The translations under genes and the position numbers were made by a program. Below the pieces are notes generated by a model. It was not told the DNA's origin. It did no database searches and saw nothing but the letters and a program-made list of their open reading frames with translations. Shown piece by piece: positions 28,594 to 39,374 of a DNA stretch of 64,000 nucleotides; position 1 is the stretch's first letter; each line of letters starts with the position of its first letter. The DNA comes from Deltaproteobacteria bacterium (GTDB lineage Bacteria > Desulfobacterota > Desulfomonilia > UBA1062), in assembly GCA_029552245.1 (NCBI GenBank), contig JAKPDW010000047.1, forward strand, positions 53,935 to 117,934, written 5' to 3'.

Positions 28594-28701
28594 GGCCGTC
28601 AGGCCTGCACGCCTGAGGCCATGGGTGATGTCGTGATGCCTGACCAGGGTGTTTACCGTGGCTCAAGGTCGTCAAGCATGCATGCCTGACGCCGTGTGTG
28701 A
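28594..28701. repeat. Palindromic direct repeat pair, 35 nt, period 73
   Basis: ggccgtcaggcctgcacgcctgaggccatgggtga vs ggtcgtcaagcatgcatgcctgacgccgtgtgtga, 28/35; core TCAGGC-N6-GCCTGA. Confidence 0.7.
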
Positions 28702-29056
28702 CGAGAACCGGCTTGAACGGCACGGCTCGGCCGCAGGGCCGACACATCATCGACACTCATACAACGGCTCGAGAAAACCTCGGGCGCGGCACGCACATGT
28801 CCCGGCCGTATCCACGCCCGCAGGTATCCGCCATGACGCGTGTGAACACGTAGACGATAAGGGTGACCGTGCGGCACGGGCGACAACGGGGGAGGCCCTC
28901 GTCATACCCACGTGGTCTCGTTCTTCAGCCACGCTACCCGGTCTCTCGTGGACAGGCCTTCGACGGCCCGGAGGGACTTCCTTCCCCTTTCCGGCCTGCC
29001 CCCGGCCTTTTTCGGTTCGGGAAGATCCATCCAGGAGCGAAGACCGTCCCTCACCA

Positions 29057-29169
29057 CATGCCTTGAAGGGCGGCACAACCTCCTGCGTGGCGTCGCGAAC
29101 GAGGCGATTCCTCTTGTTCGGCCGCCTGAGCACGCCCTGCAAGGGCGGCACGAACCGCGTGGCGTCTCG
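29057..29169. repeat. Direct repeat pair, about 40 nt, period 72-75
   Basis: Shared blocks aagggcggcac (29066/29141) and gcgtggcgtc (29085/29157). Confidence 0.7.
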
Positions 29170-29267
29170 GGCTTGACGACGCCTGCCCTGACCCATTTTG
29201 CCTCTGGCAACGACGAGGCCTCCCCCACCGGTGCGGCCTCGTCCACCTGCAGGAGATGCCTGCAGCA

Positions 29268-29801
29268 TCATGCACCGTCGAGGTGGTGGTGTTCCCGCTC
29301 CCTGAACCACGCCTGGGGGTCCTTGAGGTATTCCTCGATGTTCTTCAGGTGCATGAAGTTCTCTCTCTCGGCACGCTCAATCTCCCTGAGCGCATCGCGG
29401 TAGGCGGGGTCCCTGACCGCCTCGTACGAGCGCGAGATGGCCCGTGCGGTCTTTCGCACGATCCGTGCTGCCACCTCGATGGCCCTGATGTCGTCGAACT
29501 TCTCCAGGGCCTTCTCCATGGCCCGGGAGAGCTTCTCCTCGTAATCGTCGTGATCGACGACCCTCACCGTGCCCACGCACCCTTGGCCGTGCACCTGCGA
29601 ACCCTCTCCCCCCGTCTCGTGCGATCGCTTCAGGTCTTCGAGGCTGGAGCACAACGCCCTCCCCTTTTCGGCATAATCCATAAACACTGCCTTCCCGAGG
29701 GGGGTCTTGACCTTGCTCGCCAGGCGCCTGAAGATCGCCACTTCCCTGCGCTCTTTCTGGAGTACTTCGTCAATGATTCTGGTTGATTCCGTCCGATGCA
29801 T
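29268..29801 (-). CDS. Ferritin/rubrerythrin-like protein with degenerate diiron ligands
   Basis: Two-fold helical repeat, TPLGKAVF, C-terminal YLKDPQAWF.E.EHHHLDG; ExxH motifs absent. Confidence 0.65.
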   Translation of the reverse strand: MHRTESTRIIDEVLQKERREVAIFRRLASKVKTPLGKAVFMDYAEKGRALCSSLEDLKRSHETGGEGSQVHGQGCVGTVRVVDHDDYEEKLSRAMEKALEKFDDIRAIEVAARIVRKTARAISRSYEAVRDPAYRDALREIERAERENFMHLKNIEEYLKDPQAWFREREHHHLDGA

Positions 29802-29958
29802 ACACACCCATCCTTTCACCGCAGAGTCATTCCAATCACGCACTGCTATCATACAATAACTCTTACCATAAGGGAAGCATCGTTTCTCAAACAAAAGGGT
29901 GAGGTGGCTGCCGGCAGGTCGCACGGTCTGAATCGGTAATGTATTGGCATATTACCGT

Positions 29959-30990
29959 TCACGAATCCATGACGAGGACCTTGGCGCCGCGTATGGGTCC
30001 CCTCTTGAGTTCCACGAGGGCCCGGTTCGCCTCGGACAGCGGGTAGGTCTCCACCTCGGGGACGATCCCTGCGGACGAGGCGATCCTCAGGAAGTCAGCG
30101 ATGTCCGCCCTTGTCACGTTCGCAACGCTCTTGATCTCGCGTTCCATCCAGAGGTGTTCGGCATAGTTCAGGCCCAGGAGCAGCCCCTTGTCCGCGTCCT
30201 CCTTGCGGATGGCGTTTATGACGAGTCTCCCTCCAGGGGCGAGGTTGGCAAGCGCCATGACGACGGGCTTGTACGCGGGCGTCGTGTCGATGATCGCATC
30301 GAGCATCTCAGGGGCCCTCTCCGAGGTGTCCCCGGCCCAGACGGCGCCGAGCGAGAGCGCGAACTCGCGTTGCCCGGGGTCTCTCGCAAAGACGTACACC
30401 CTCACGTCTGGATAGAGGAACCTCGCAGCCTTGAGCACCAGGTGGGCCGAGGCCCCGAACCCTGTGAGGCCGAGCGCTCGGCCGTTCTCGATCCCCGCAA
30501 GCCGAAGCGACCTGAGCCCGATGGCGCCGGCGCAGAGGAGCGGGGCGGCCAAGACGTCCGACATGCCCTCCGGGATGGGCACGGCGAAATCCTCGCGCAC
30601 CTTCATGTACGGTGCATACCCGCCGTCGACGTCCCTCCCGGTGGCGACGAACTCGGGACACAGATTCTCGAGCCCTTTCGAGCACCACGTGCACCTGAGG
30701 CACGCCGAGTGGATCCACCCCACCCCCACGCGCTCTCCACCGGAGAACCTCGAGACCCCCTCCCCCACAGCCGCCACCTCGGCCACCACCTGGTGGCCCG
30801 GCACCGTGGGAAAGACCGGGGGCGGGGTGCGGCCCTCTATCTCGTCCAGTTCCGTGTGACACACCCCGCAGGCCCTCACCTTGAGGAGTACCTCGCCCCC
30901 GGCCGGCTTCGGCTCCGGCAGGTCCATCGGCTCCAGGGGGTTGTCGGTCTTTGCCACGTCGCATATCCCCGTGATGGCGTACACCCTCAT
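29959..30990 (-). CDS. Zinc-dependent alcohol dehydrogenase family protein (AdhP-like)
   Basis: CGVCHTE, PGHQ, C..C..C...C, APLLCAG, GFGASAH. Confidence 0.92.
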   Translation of the reverse strand: MRVYAITGICDVAKTDNPLEPMDLPEPKPAGGEVLLKVRACGVCHTELDEIEGRTPPPVFPTVPGHQVVAEVAAVGEGVSRFSGGERVGVGWIHSACLRCTWCSKGLENLCPEFVATGRDVDGGYAPYMKVREDFAVPIPEGMSDVLAAPLLCAGAIGLRSLRLAGIENGRALGLTGFGASAHLVLKAARFLYPDVRVYVFARDPGQREFALSLGAVWAGDTSERAPEMLDAIIDTTPAYKPVVMALANLAPGGRLVINAIRKEDADKGLLLGLNYAEHLWMEREIKSVANVTRADIADFLRIASSAGIVPEVETYPLSEANRALVELKRGPIRGAKVLVMDS

Positions 30991-31180
30991 CTTCGTCCTC
31001 CTTTGCCCGGCCACCCGGCCCGTTCTCCTTCACCCCGACCACTGTCCCACAGAGATGAGCGTCATCCCTTCTCCACTATAACCACCTTCCCTTCCGATTG
31101 ACACCCCTTGCCGTGTGCGGTTAAAGTCTTTCTCACGGATGCAGCTTCCAAAGGGCATGATCATGAACGGGAGGTGACGC

Positions 31181-32272
31181 GTGCACAGAACCAGCGCTTC
31201 TGAAAAAGGTACCGTAAGCCCGGCCACCCTCCGTGTCCTCAGCGTCCGCCTGCTCGTCATCCTCGCCCTCCTGCCGATGGCCGCGATATCGTGCAGCAGT
31301 GACGGCGGCGGAGGCGGGGGCGACGGCTCGAGCGCGGTACCCGACGAGCTCTCCTTCAGCATGGACCTGAGTTCCGACTTTGTGGACCCGTTGACCATCA
31401 CCTCGTACACCGATTCAAACAAGTCCATAACCATTGCGAGCGTCTCTGGCCCCGTCTCAGGCACCTACAACCACGCGACCGGGGAGTACACGATCACTGA
31501 GGGCGCCTTGGTCAACGTGAGATACAGCCTCTGGGATGAACCGTACAGGACGTTCACCATCTATCTCGCCTCCGACGTGACAGGCTCGACGGGGCAAACC
31601 CCCCTTTCCGGGGCCCTCGAGGTCCGCAGCGGCACCGATACCGTGACCGTGACCATCTCGCCATCGGGCGTCCGCCTGTCCCTCGACGGCGCAGACCCCA
31701 CCTCGACGATCGCCTGGCAGGATCTCTACCCCATGTACTACGACGAAGACGAGCCGGGCTGGAGAAAGGAGGCCTCGCTCGCGTGCGTGGTCCTCAAGTT
31801 CCTCGTCGAGGAGATCGCGTTCTCCGCCGACACGCTCGTCACCATCGCGCTGAACGAGGAGACCCTCGAGACAGCGGGATACCTCGAATTCGAGGGAGAC
31901 CCCTTGCCACCGTCCATCGCCTTCGGCGAGAGCACGAGCGTGCTCAGGCTCACGAGCCCCTCGATCAGGGACGGGGCCACGTTCCAGTGGCTCTATGACT
32001 GGTGCTGGGACGACGACCCCTCCTCCTCCGAAGACCTCCTCTACGACGGCACGGTCCAGATGAGCGGCTATACCGAGACGGTGGACGTCTCGGGGAGCAC
32101 CCGCCGGTTCACCGAGCTCGGGTTCGGCTCCGGCACGGCCCCGGGCGGGGTGTCGTACGACCGCTTCATGATCTACGTCACCGAGGAGACCTCTGGCTCC
32201 TACACCATACCGGAGGCCAGGACCCTGGTCTACGACGGGGGCTACAGCATCCTGTTCACGAGCGGGGACTGA
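31181..32272 (+). CDS. Hypothetical lipoprotein, acidic and Ser/Thr/Gly-rich
   Basis: Hydrophobic signal ending AISC, followed by a SSDGGGGGG linker; beta-rich mature part. Confidence 0.75.
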   Translation: MHRTSASEKGTVSPATLRVLSVRLLVILALLPMAAISCSSDGGGGGGDGSSAVPDELSFSMDLSSDFVDPLTITSYTDSNKSITIASVSGPVSGTYNHATGEYTITEGALVNVRYSLWDEPYRTFTIYLASDVTGSTGQTPLSGALEVRSGTDTVTVTISPSGVRLSLDGADPTSTIAWQDLYPMYYDEDEPGWRKEASLACVVLKFLVEEIAFSADTLVTIALNEETLETAGYLEFEGDPLPPSIAFGESTSVLRLTSPSIRDGATFQWLYDWCWDDDPSSSEDLLYDGTVQMSGYTETVDVSGSTRRFTELGFGSGTAPGGVSYDRFMIYVTEETSGSYTIPEARTLVYDGGYSILFTSGD

Positions 32273-32619
32273 GGCCGGGAGAACCGTGCTGCCACGCGTC
32301 TTCAGGGGACGACGGCGCTGCGTGGGCGGCCGCCTGGGCGCCGCGGCCGCGCCCTCCTTTGCCCGGGCTCTCAAAGCCGCCGTCGGGACGTGCAAAAACC
32401 GGCGAGTCGCTCCCGCATCCATGCTGCCCATGGGCCTGCACACGATGACGGCTGCATCGATGCGGGGGTAAGGGGACTGCGCCGGCGCCGCCCCCAAGCA
32501 TGCGGGAGACACAACGGCCGTATTGACAACCTCGGCCCTTTCGTCTTTATGAGTGCACGGGCGCCGAAGATGCGCGTCCTGTCCCGAACAGGCGCACTGC
32601 CCAGAGGGGGTGAACTGTC

Positions 32620-33558
32620 ATGATCCACATGGAAAAGCTCACCAAGTATTACGGTGAGGTGTGCGCGGTGGACGGCATCGACCTGGACATACGCAAGGGA
32701 GAGATCACCGGGCTCCTGGGTCCCAACGGTGCGGGCAAGACCACCACCATGCGCATGCTGACCGGCTATCTCCGCCCGAGCTCGGGCACGATCCGTGTCA
32801 GGGACCTCTCGGTGGATGCCGATCCCCTCGCCGTCAAGAAACGCATGGGGTACCTCCCCGAGTCCGCCCCCCTGTACGCGAACATGCTCGTGTACGACTA
32901 CCTCCTGTTCGTGGCCCACGCGAGGGGGCTCAAGGGGGACAAGGCCCGCGGGAGGATCTTCGCCATGGTGGAGCTCTGCAGCCTCTCGGGAATCATGCAC
33001 AGGCCCATAGGCGAACTCTCCAAGGGGCTCAGGCAGCGGGTGGGACTCGCCCATGCCATGATGGACGACCCGGAAATCCTCGTGCTCGACGAACCGACAA
33101 GCGGGCTCGACCCCAACCAGATCGTGGAGATCAGGGACATCATCCGGTCCTTCGGCAGGGACAAGACCATCATCCTCTCCACGCACATCCTCAGCGAGGC
33201 CCAAGCCACCTGCGACCGCATCGTCATCATAGACAAGGGCAAGATCGTCGCTGACGGGAGCACGGAGGTGCTCACCTATGGCCTGGGAGAGGGGCGGAGC
33301 CTCAGGCTCGTGCTGGCCGGCGCCGATCTCGAGGCGGCACGGTCCGTCCTCGCGCCGGTGGAGGGTGTCGTCTCGGTGGAGGGCGCACAGGATGCTGGGC
33401 CCGGCCTGACAGCACTCGAGGTCAGGTACCTGCCCGGCTCGGACCCGAGGCCGGAGATCTACCGGAGGATCAAGGCGACGGACTGGGTCATTCTCGAGAT
33501 GGCGCCCAAGGGCGTATCCCTGGAAAAGGTGTTCATGGAGCTCACACGGGAGGCATGA
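32620..33558 (+). CDS. ABC-2 type ATP-binding protein (GldA-like)
   Basis: GPNGAGKTT, LSKG.RQR, LDEPTSGLDPNQI, STHILSE. Confidence 0.9.
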   Translation: MIHMEKLTKYYGEVCAVDGIDLDIRKGEITGLLGPNGAGKTTTMRMLTGYLRPSSGTIRVRDLSVDADPLAVKKRMGYLPESAPLYANMLVYDYLLFVAHARGLKGDKARGRIFAMVELCSLSGIMHRPIGELSKGLRQRVGLAHAMMDDPEILVLDEPTSGLDPNQIVEIRDIIRSFGRDKTIILSTHILSEAQATCDRIVIIDKGKIVADGSTEVLTYGLGEGRSLRLVLAGADLEAARSVLAPVEGVVSVEGAQDAGPGLTALEVRYLPGSDPRPEIYRRIKATDWVILEMAPKGVSLEKVFMELTREA

Positions 33559-34265
33559 CCATGACGAGGGTGTTCGACGTCTTCGCAAGGGAATTCATGG
33601 ACTACTTCACCACGCCGATCGCCTACATCGTGATCTGCGCGTTCTTGGTCGTCACGGGCTGGTTCTTCTTCGCCACCTTCTTCATCATGAACCAGGCGTC
33701 CCTGAGGACCTTCTTCTCCATGCTGCCGCTCGTCTTCCCCTTCGTGGTCCCGGCCGTCACCATGCGACTGTTCGCCGAGGAACTCCACTCGGGCAGCCTC
33801 GAGATGCTCCTGACCCTCCCCATGGACCTCTCGGACGCGGTCATCGGCAAGTTCCTCGCGAGCAGCGCCTTCGTGGCGGTGATGCTCGCGCCCACCCTGT
33901 CGTACGGGATCTGGGTCTCGTTCATGGGCGGTCTCGACTGGGGCCCGGTGGCGGGCGGGTACGCAGGGGCGGTCCTCCTGGGAGCGGCATACTGCGCCAT
34001 AGGCGTCTTCGCATCGACCTTGACGAGAAACCAGATCATCTCGTTCATCCTGGGCATGGTCATCTGCCTTGCCCTGAGCCTCGTTGACAAGATGCTCTTC
34101 TTCTTCCCGCCGGACGTGCTCGCCGTGCTCCATTACCTGGGCGCCTCGTCGCACTTCGAGAACATCGCCAAGGGTGTGGTGGACACCCGGGACATCGTCT
34201 ACTTCGCAAGCGTCGTTTTCCTGTCCCTCTACGGCGCGCACCTCGTCATGCAGGAAAAGAGGTGA
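33555..34265 (+). CDS. ABC-2 permease (GldF-like)
   Basis: YFTTPIAY, TMRLFAEE..SGSLEMLLTLP, STLTRNQI, GVVDTRD. Confidence 0.88.
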   Translation: MTMTRVFDVFAREFMDYFTTPIAYIVICAFLVVTGWFFFATFFIMNQASLRTFFSMLPLVFPFVVPAVTMRLFAEELHSGSLEMLLTLPMDLSDAVIGKFLASSAFVAVMLAPTLSYGIWVSFMGGLDWGPVAGGYAGAVLLGAAYCAIGVFASTLTRNQIISFILGMVICLALSLVDKMLFFFPPDVLAVLHYLGASSHFENIAKGVVDTRDIVYFASVVFLSLYGAHLVMQEKR

Positions 34266-34268
34266 GCC

Positions 34269-36431
34269 ATGAGAGCACAGAGACATGGGCGCATCGTCAA
34301 GTTTCTCGTCTACCTGGCGCTCGTCATCCTCATCAATGCGGCGGCATCGACGCTCTTTTTGAGGTTCGACCTCACGGCGAACAGGATGTACTCGCTGTCG
34401 GAGGTGAGCAAGACGGTCGTCGGCTCACTCAAGGAACCCATGACCATCAACGTGTTCTTCACCCCGGATCTGCCCGCGCCCTACAACACGGTCGAGCAGT
34501 ACCTGAGAGACCTGCTCTCCGAATACGCCCTCTATGCGAACAAGAGTTTCAACTACCGGTTCTACCGCGTGGGAGAAGAGGACGCTCAACAGCCGGACGT
34601 CGGGGTCGACACCAGGAGGCTCGCATCCGACTACGGCATAACCCCGGTACAGATCCAGGTCGTGGAGAAGGACGAGGTCAAGTTCAAGCGTGCATACATG
34701 GGGCTGGCGATCGTCCACGGGGACATGATCGAGCGCATCCCGGCCCTCACCACGACGGAGGGGCTGGAGTACAAGCTCACCACGTCCATGCAGAAACTCG
34801 CCAACAAGATCAGCGTGCTGTCGGGGCTCAAGGACAAGGTGGAGGTGAAGCTCTACCTTTCCTCGTCCCTCGAGGCCGTCTCGAGCCGCATGTCTCTCAA
34901 GGACCTCGACCGGGTGCCCGCCCAGGTCGAAAAGGCGGTGGGCGACCTCAACGCCCGCCTCTTCAACGCCATATCCTACAGGAGGGTGGACCTCGACGGG
35001 AGGCAGGCGATGGAGGAGGCCTCCCGCACGTACAACCTGATGATGCTCACGTGGCCCGATCTCGACGGCGGCAGGGTGAAGGCGGGTGCGGGCCTCGCGG
35101 GCATGGTGGTGGAATACGGGGGCAGGTCTTACACGATCCCGGTGATCCAGGCGTACACCATCCCCCTGTTCGGCACGCAGTACCGCCTGACGCCCGTCGA
35201 AAAGATGGCCGAGGCGCTCGAGCAGAGTATCGAGTCGCTGGTGGGGATCAACGAGACCCTGGGCTACCTCGCGGACAAGGGCACGCTCGGCCTGTACGGC
35301 CAACCGGGCTCGAGCGCCTCCCTGAACAACTTCCAGGACCTGGCGTCCCGCGTCTATACCATCAAGGAGATCACCCTCGACAAGGGGATACCCGAAGGTC
35401 TCGGGTGCCTGCTCATCGTCAGGCCCACGGAGGCCTTCACCGACTACGAGCTCTTCCAGATCGACCAGGCGCTCATGCGCGGGACCAACATCGCCGTCCT
35501 TCTCGATCCGTTCGTGGAAAGACCTGCGGATCCCAACCAGCCGATGCAGCCCGGCCAGCTGATGCCGGTGACGACCGGCATCGAAAGGCTCCTGGCCCAC
35601 TACGGGGTGAAGGTGGAGATGTCCCTGGTATGCGACCTGAACAGCTTCAAGCAGCGGATGCCCGAGCAGTACGGGGGCGGCGAGCAGGCGATCTACTACG
35701 CGCCCCTCATCAAGCCATCCCAGATAAACCACGAGCCCAGGTACATGAAGAACATCAACGAGCTCATCACCTACAAGATAGCGCCCCTCTCCCTCGACAC
35801 AACGCGCATGAAAGAGAACAACCTCGAGGCCACCGTGCTGTTCACCACCTCTGACAAGGCCTGGGAGTTGAAAAACCCGACGATGCTCAACCCCATGTTC
35901 GTAAGGGAACCCGGCGACCCGTCCTCCATGGGGACCAGGACCCTTGCGTGCCTCGTCCAGGGCGCTTTCCCGAGCTACTTCGCGGGGAAGGACATCCCGG
36001 CCGCACCGCCGGCCCACCAGGGGGAAGGCGCTTCGGGCGCGCAGGAAGGCGGCAAGGCCGCATCACCCGCCCTGGGCCACGGCGGGGCGGTCCTCGAGAG
36101 ATCCAGGCCCGCCAAGCTCCTGGTGATAGGGTCATCGGAGATGATCACGGACAACCTCGTCACGGAAGAAGGGACGAACCCCAACGCCGTGTTCCTCATG
36201 AACCTGATCGATGTCCTGAACAACAGGGAGGAGATCGCCGTGATGCGCGCCAAGACCCAGACCATCAACCCGCTCGAGGTGACCGACGAGAACGTGAGGC
36301 TGGCGGCCAAGGCGTTCAACGTGCTCGGGCTGCCTGTGCTGGTCATCCTCTCGGGCATCGTCGTGTGGGCCGCGAGAGCCGCCAGGAAGAAGCGCATCGA
36401 CGCCATGTTCTCCAGGAGGGCCGACGCATGA
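34269..36431 (+). CDS. GldG-like ABC auxiliary protein
   Basis: N-term TM, RFDLTANRMYSLS, LEYKLT, C-term NLIDVL...R.K plus TM. Confidence 0.85.
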   Translation: MRAQRHGRIVKFLVYLALVILINAAASTLFLRFDLTANRMYSLSEVSKTVVGSLKEPMTINVFFTPDLPAPYNTVEQYLRDLLSEYALYANKSFNYRFYRVGEEDAQQPDVGVDTRRLASDYGITPVQIQVVEKDEVKFKRAYMGLAIVHGDMIERIPALTTTEGLEYKLTTSMQKLANKISVLSGLKDKVEVKLYLSSSLEAVSSRMSLKDLDRVPAQVEKAVGDLNARLFNAISYRRVDLDGRQAMEEASRTYNLMMLTWPDLDGGRVKAGAGLAGMVVEYGGRSYTIPVIQAYTIPLFGTQYRLTPVEKMAEALEQSIESLVGINETLGYLADKGTLGLYGQPGSSASLNNFQDLASRVYTIKEITLDKGIPEGLGCLLIVRPTEAFTDYELFQIDQALMRGTNIAVLLDPFVERPADPNQPMQPGQLMPVTTGIERLLAHYGVKVEMSLVCDLNSFKQRMPEQYGGGEQAIYYAPLIKPSQINHEPRYMKNINELITYKIAPLSLDTTRMKENNLEATVLFTTSDKAWELKNPTMLNPMFVREPGDPSSMGTRTLACLVQGAFPSYFAGKDIPAAPPAHQGEGASGAQEGGKAASPALGHGGAVLERSRPAKLLVIGSSEMITDNLVTEEGTNPNAVFLMNLIDVLNNREEIAVMRAKTQTINPLEVTDENVRLAAKAFNVLGLPVLVILSGIVVWAARAARKKRIDAMFSRRADA

Positions 36432-37408
36432 AGATCAGGATCTCCAAGGAGTATGTCCTTCTGGCCTTGCTCATCGCATCTTCCGTCGCCTATCTCGTCT
36501 ACAAGAAGGCGGACCGTGTCCACTACCGCCTCCCGGCGCTCGAGCCGGTGAAGCAGGAAGACATCACCTCCATGACCGTCGAGAAGGGCGACGGGAAGAT
36601 CGTCCTCGAGAAGGCCGGGACGGACTGGGTGATCTCCCCCGCAGGCTGGAAGGCCGACCGGGTGAAGGTGGACGAGATGAGGGAGATGCTCTCCACGCTC
36701 GTCATCACCGAGCTCGTCTCCGAGTCCGGTGATTACGGAAGGTACCAGCTCGACGAGAAGTCCCGGGCCCGCATACGCGCATACGCCGGCGACAGGCTGG
36801 TCCGCGACCTGACGGCGGGGAAGGCCGCTCCCACGTACAACCACACCTATGTGCTGCTGCCTGGCGACAGGAACATCTACCTCGCCAGGGGAGACCTGGG
36901 CCGCCTGTTTTCGGCCCCTGCCTCCGAGATGCGGGACATGCTGGTGTTCAGCATCACCCCGAAAGAGGTGACATCCGTGCAGATCGAGTACCGGGGTGAA
37001 AGCAGGACGTTCAAGCGCATGGAGAGGGGACCCGACGCGAAGGGGGCAGACAAGGCCGAAAACGCCGCGACCGATCACTCCTGGGAGGACGCTTCCGGTG
37101 ACGCCTCGTCCACGGCCGTGCTCGACTCGGTCCTCGCCACCCTGTCCAAGGTCTACTGCGGAGAGTACCTGCCCGACGACCGGAAGGCCGCTCTTGGTTC
37201 CCCGGTGACGGTGATCACGATTACGGGGAGGAGCGAGGCGAGGCTCAGCATCTTCGAACGGGAGGGTGAGCAGGTCCCCGCCGTCTCCTCGCAAAACCCC
37301 TCCCCCTTCGTCATGCCGGACTACAAGCAGGAAGAGCTCGACAAGGCCCTCGCGAAGATCTTCCCCGGTCGTGCCACCGCGAAAGGGGCACAGACACCGA
37401 GGGGATGA
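36428..37408 (+). CDS. DUF4340 domain protein
   Basis: N-term TM, LEK...W.I......AD..KV, YQLD motifs; ATGA overlap with the GldG-like gene. Confidence 0.75.
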   Translation: MKIRISKEYVLLALLIASSVAYLVYKKADRVHYRLPALEPVKQEDITSMTVEKGDGKIVLEKAGTDWVISPAGWKADRVKVDEMREMLSTLVITELVSESGDYGRYQLDEKSRARIRAYAGDRLVRDLTAGKAAPTYNHTYVLLPGDRNIYLARGDLGRLFSAPASEMRDMLVFSITPKEVTSVQIEYRGESRTFKRMERGPDAKGADKAENAATDHSWEDASGDASSTAVLDSVLATLSKVYCGEYLPDDRKAALGSPVTVITITGRSEARLSIFEREGEQVPAVSSQNPSPFVMPDYKQEELDKALAKIFPGRATAKGAQTPRG

Positions 37409-37693
37409 CGACAGCGACAACCTGCAGGCGCCTTGTATGCTGTGCGGTGCCTTGTCGACCAGGACAACGAGCGGGTCGTAGAGCGGGGCATACCGGCTCC
37501 TGGACGGCGCTTCGCGTCGACAGCACCCCGCGGCAGCGGCCGGGAGCCGGGCGGTGCCCATGGAGGCCCGGGTCAGAGAGACAGGGGCGTTCCCTGGGGT
37601 TTACATCACCAAGCGGCGTTCGAGGGCCCCGTGGCCCGAGGTGAGACCCGGGGCCGCTAAGGGCATGCTGCGGAGGGCACGAGGGGTTCGTAT

Positions 37694-38566
37694 ATGGAAA
37701 ACACGGGCAAAGAGATTGTACCCAAGGTGTTGAGGCAGGATATCGGGGACGCGGAGCTCTCGTACCTCCTCTACGATGTCGACGGCCGGCCCATGATCAT
37801 GCTCCACGCGACGGGCTTCCTCCCCTGGCTCTGGCACCCCATTGCACGGGGCCTGACGGACACGTGGAGGGTATATGCCCCCTACATCTGCGACCACCGT
37901 GTGTCCGACCCGCAGGAGGGAGGCCTCAGCTGGCTCACCGTGGCCGAGGACCTCGTCCGGTTCGTCCGGGAGCTGGGGATACACAGGCCGGCACTCGTTG
38001 GGCACTCCATGGGCGCGACGGTGGCGGCCATAGCCTGCGGCGCTTTTGGGTTGGACGCGCTGGGGCTGGTCCTCTTCGAACCGATCTTTCTGCCCGAGGA
38101 GATCTACCAGACCCCCATGAGCGTGGATCAGCATCCCCTCGCCTCTCGGGCGATAAGGCGGAAAGACACCTGGGCCGACGAAGCCGAGGCGAGGTCCTAC
38201 CTGAGATCGAAACCCCTCTTCAGGAACTGGACGGACGAGATGCTCGACCTCTATGTCGAGTACGGGATGCGAAGGCTCGACGCCGGCGGCCTGGTGCTCG
38301 CGTGCTCGCCTGTGCGGGAGGCATCGATCTTCATGGGCGGCCTCAGGTTCGATCCATGGGGCGTCATCCCCAAGGTCACATGCCCGGTGCTCGTCCTCGA
38401 GGGCGAAAAGAGCGAGAACCGCGCCTTCATCGACCTCCAACAGGCGACACGGTCGTTTCCCCAGGGCACCTACCGCCTCGTCGAGGGCGCGGGCCACCTC
38501 ATCCCCCAGGAGAAACCGGGCGAGTCCCTCGAGATCGTGCGCACCTTCTTCGAATCCCTGGAGTGA
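37694..38566 (+). CDS. Alpha/beta hydrolase
   Basis: LHATGF, GHSMG nucleophile elbow, GAGHLIP. Confidence 0.92.
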   Translation: MENTGKEIVPKVLRQDIGDAELSYLLYDVDGRPMIMLHATGFLPWLWHPIARGLTDTWRVYAPYICDHRVSDPQEGGLSWLTVAEDLVRFVRELGIHRPALVGHSMGATVAAIACGAFGLDALGLVLFEPIFLPEEIYQTPMSVDQHPLASRAIRRKDTWADEAEARSYLRSKPLFRNWTDEMLDLYVEYGMRRLDAGGLVLACSPVREASIFMGGLRFDPWGVIPKVTCPVLVLEGEKSENRAFIDLQQATRSFPQGTYRLVEGAGHLIPQEKPGESLEIVRTFFESLE

Positions 38567-39374
38567 AGCGGGTACACACGCGCCGCCTGCGGCGCCGGGC
38601 ACGGACGGGGCACAACGCCGGCACCCCGGGCACCCGCTCCCGCCCTGTCGTCGAGGGTTCACCGCTGACACGCGGAGCTAACCGCATGTGCCCGCCCCTC
38701 ACGAGCGATGCCGCCGGATGACGGCGCACACCCGCCTGCAGGGACTCCCCCTGATCCACGTCCACGGGCTGAACGGCCTGCCCTGCCTCCACGCCTTACG
38801 GCCTGCAGGCAGGGCGGTCTCCCTGTCGCCTGCGCCCCTTCGACCACCCGTGGAAGCGGCCGGCCGGCGACACACGGCCTGCATGGACACGGAACGCCTC
38901 CTTGCGTGTCCCGTCGAATCTGCACGAAGGCACCTCTCAGAGGGTCTCTGGGAGGACGGGCCCACCGTCGTCCATGCGGCATCATCGAGCGCCAGGCATG
39001 CCTGGAGAACCGAGAGGGTGAACGTTGTCTGACGCACGGGACCCCCAAGCCACTACCGGCCCGGATCCTGTCGGGGGAGCCAGGGGGTCCGCCTCCCGGC
39101 ACGTGCCTCTCTTCACAAACTTCCCCCTGCATGCCACTCCCCCATGAAAACGGGTGAGCCGGGCCACACTCCTGAAGACGGTTGCCGGCCTCGTGCACGA
39201 TGACGATCCACCTGGGCACGAGTCGCAGAGGTTAGGCCGCGGCCCGAGAGAGGAAGGAGGCTTCGTTCTTTCGGGCCGGGGCGAACGCCCCTCGGCCGAC
39301 CAGGGCCCGGCGTTCATGCAGGTTGCGAGGTGAATCTCACGGGGTGAGCCGGAAGCCCGACGTACGGACGGGGT

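Noticed and set aside
38720..38890. Three GCCTGCA-centred similar segments
   Set aside because: Irregular spacing (67 and 76) and low identity of the middle copy.
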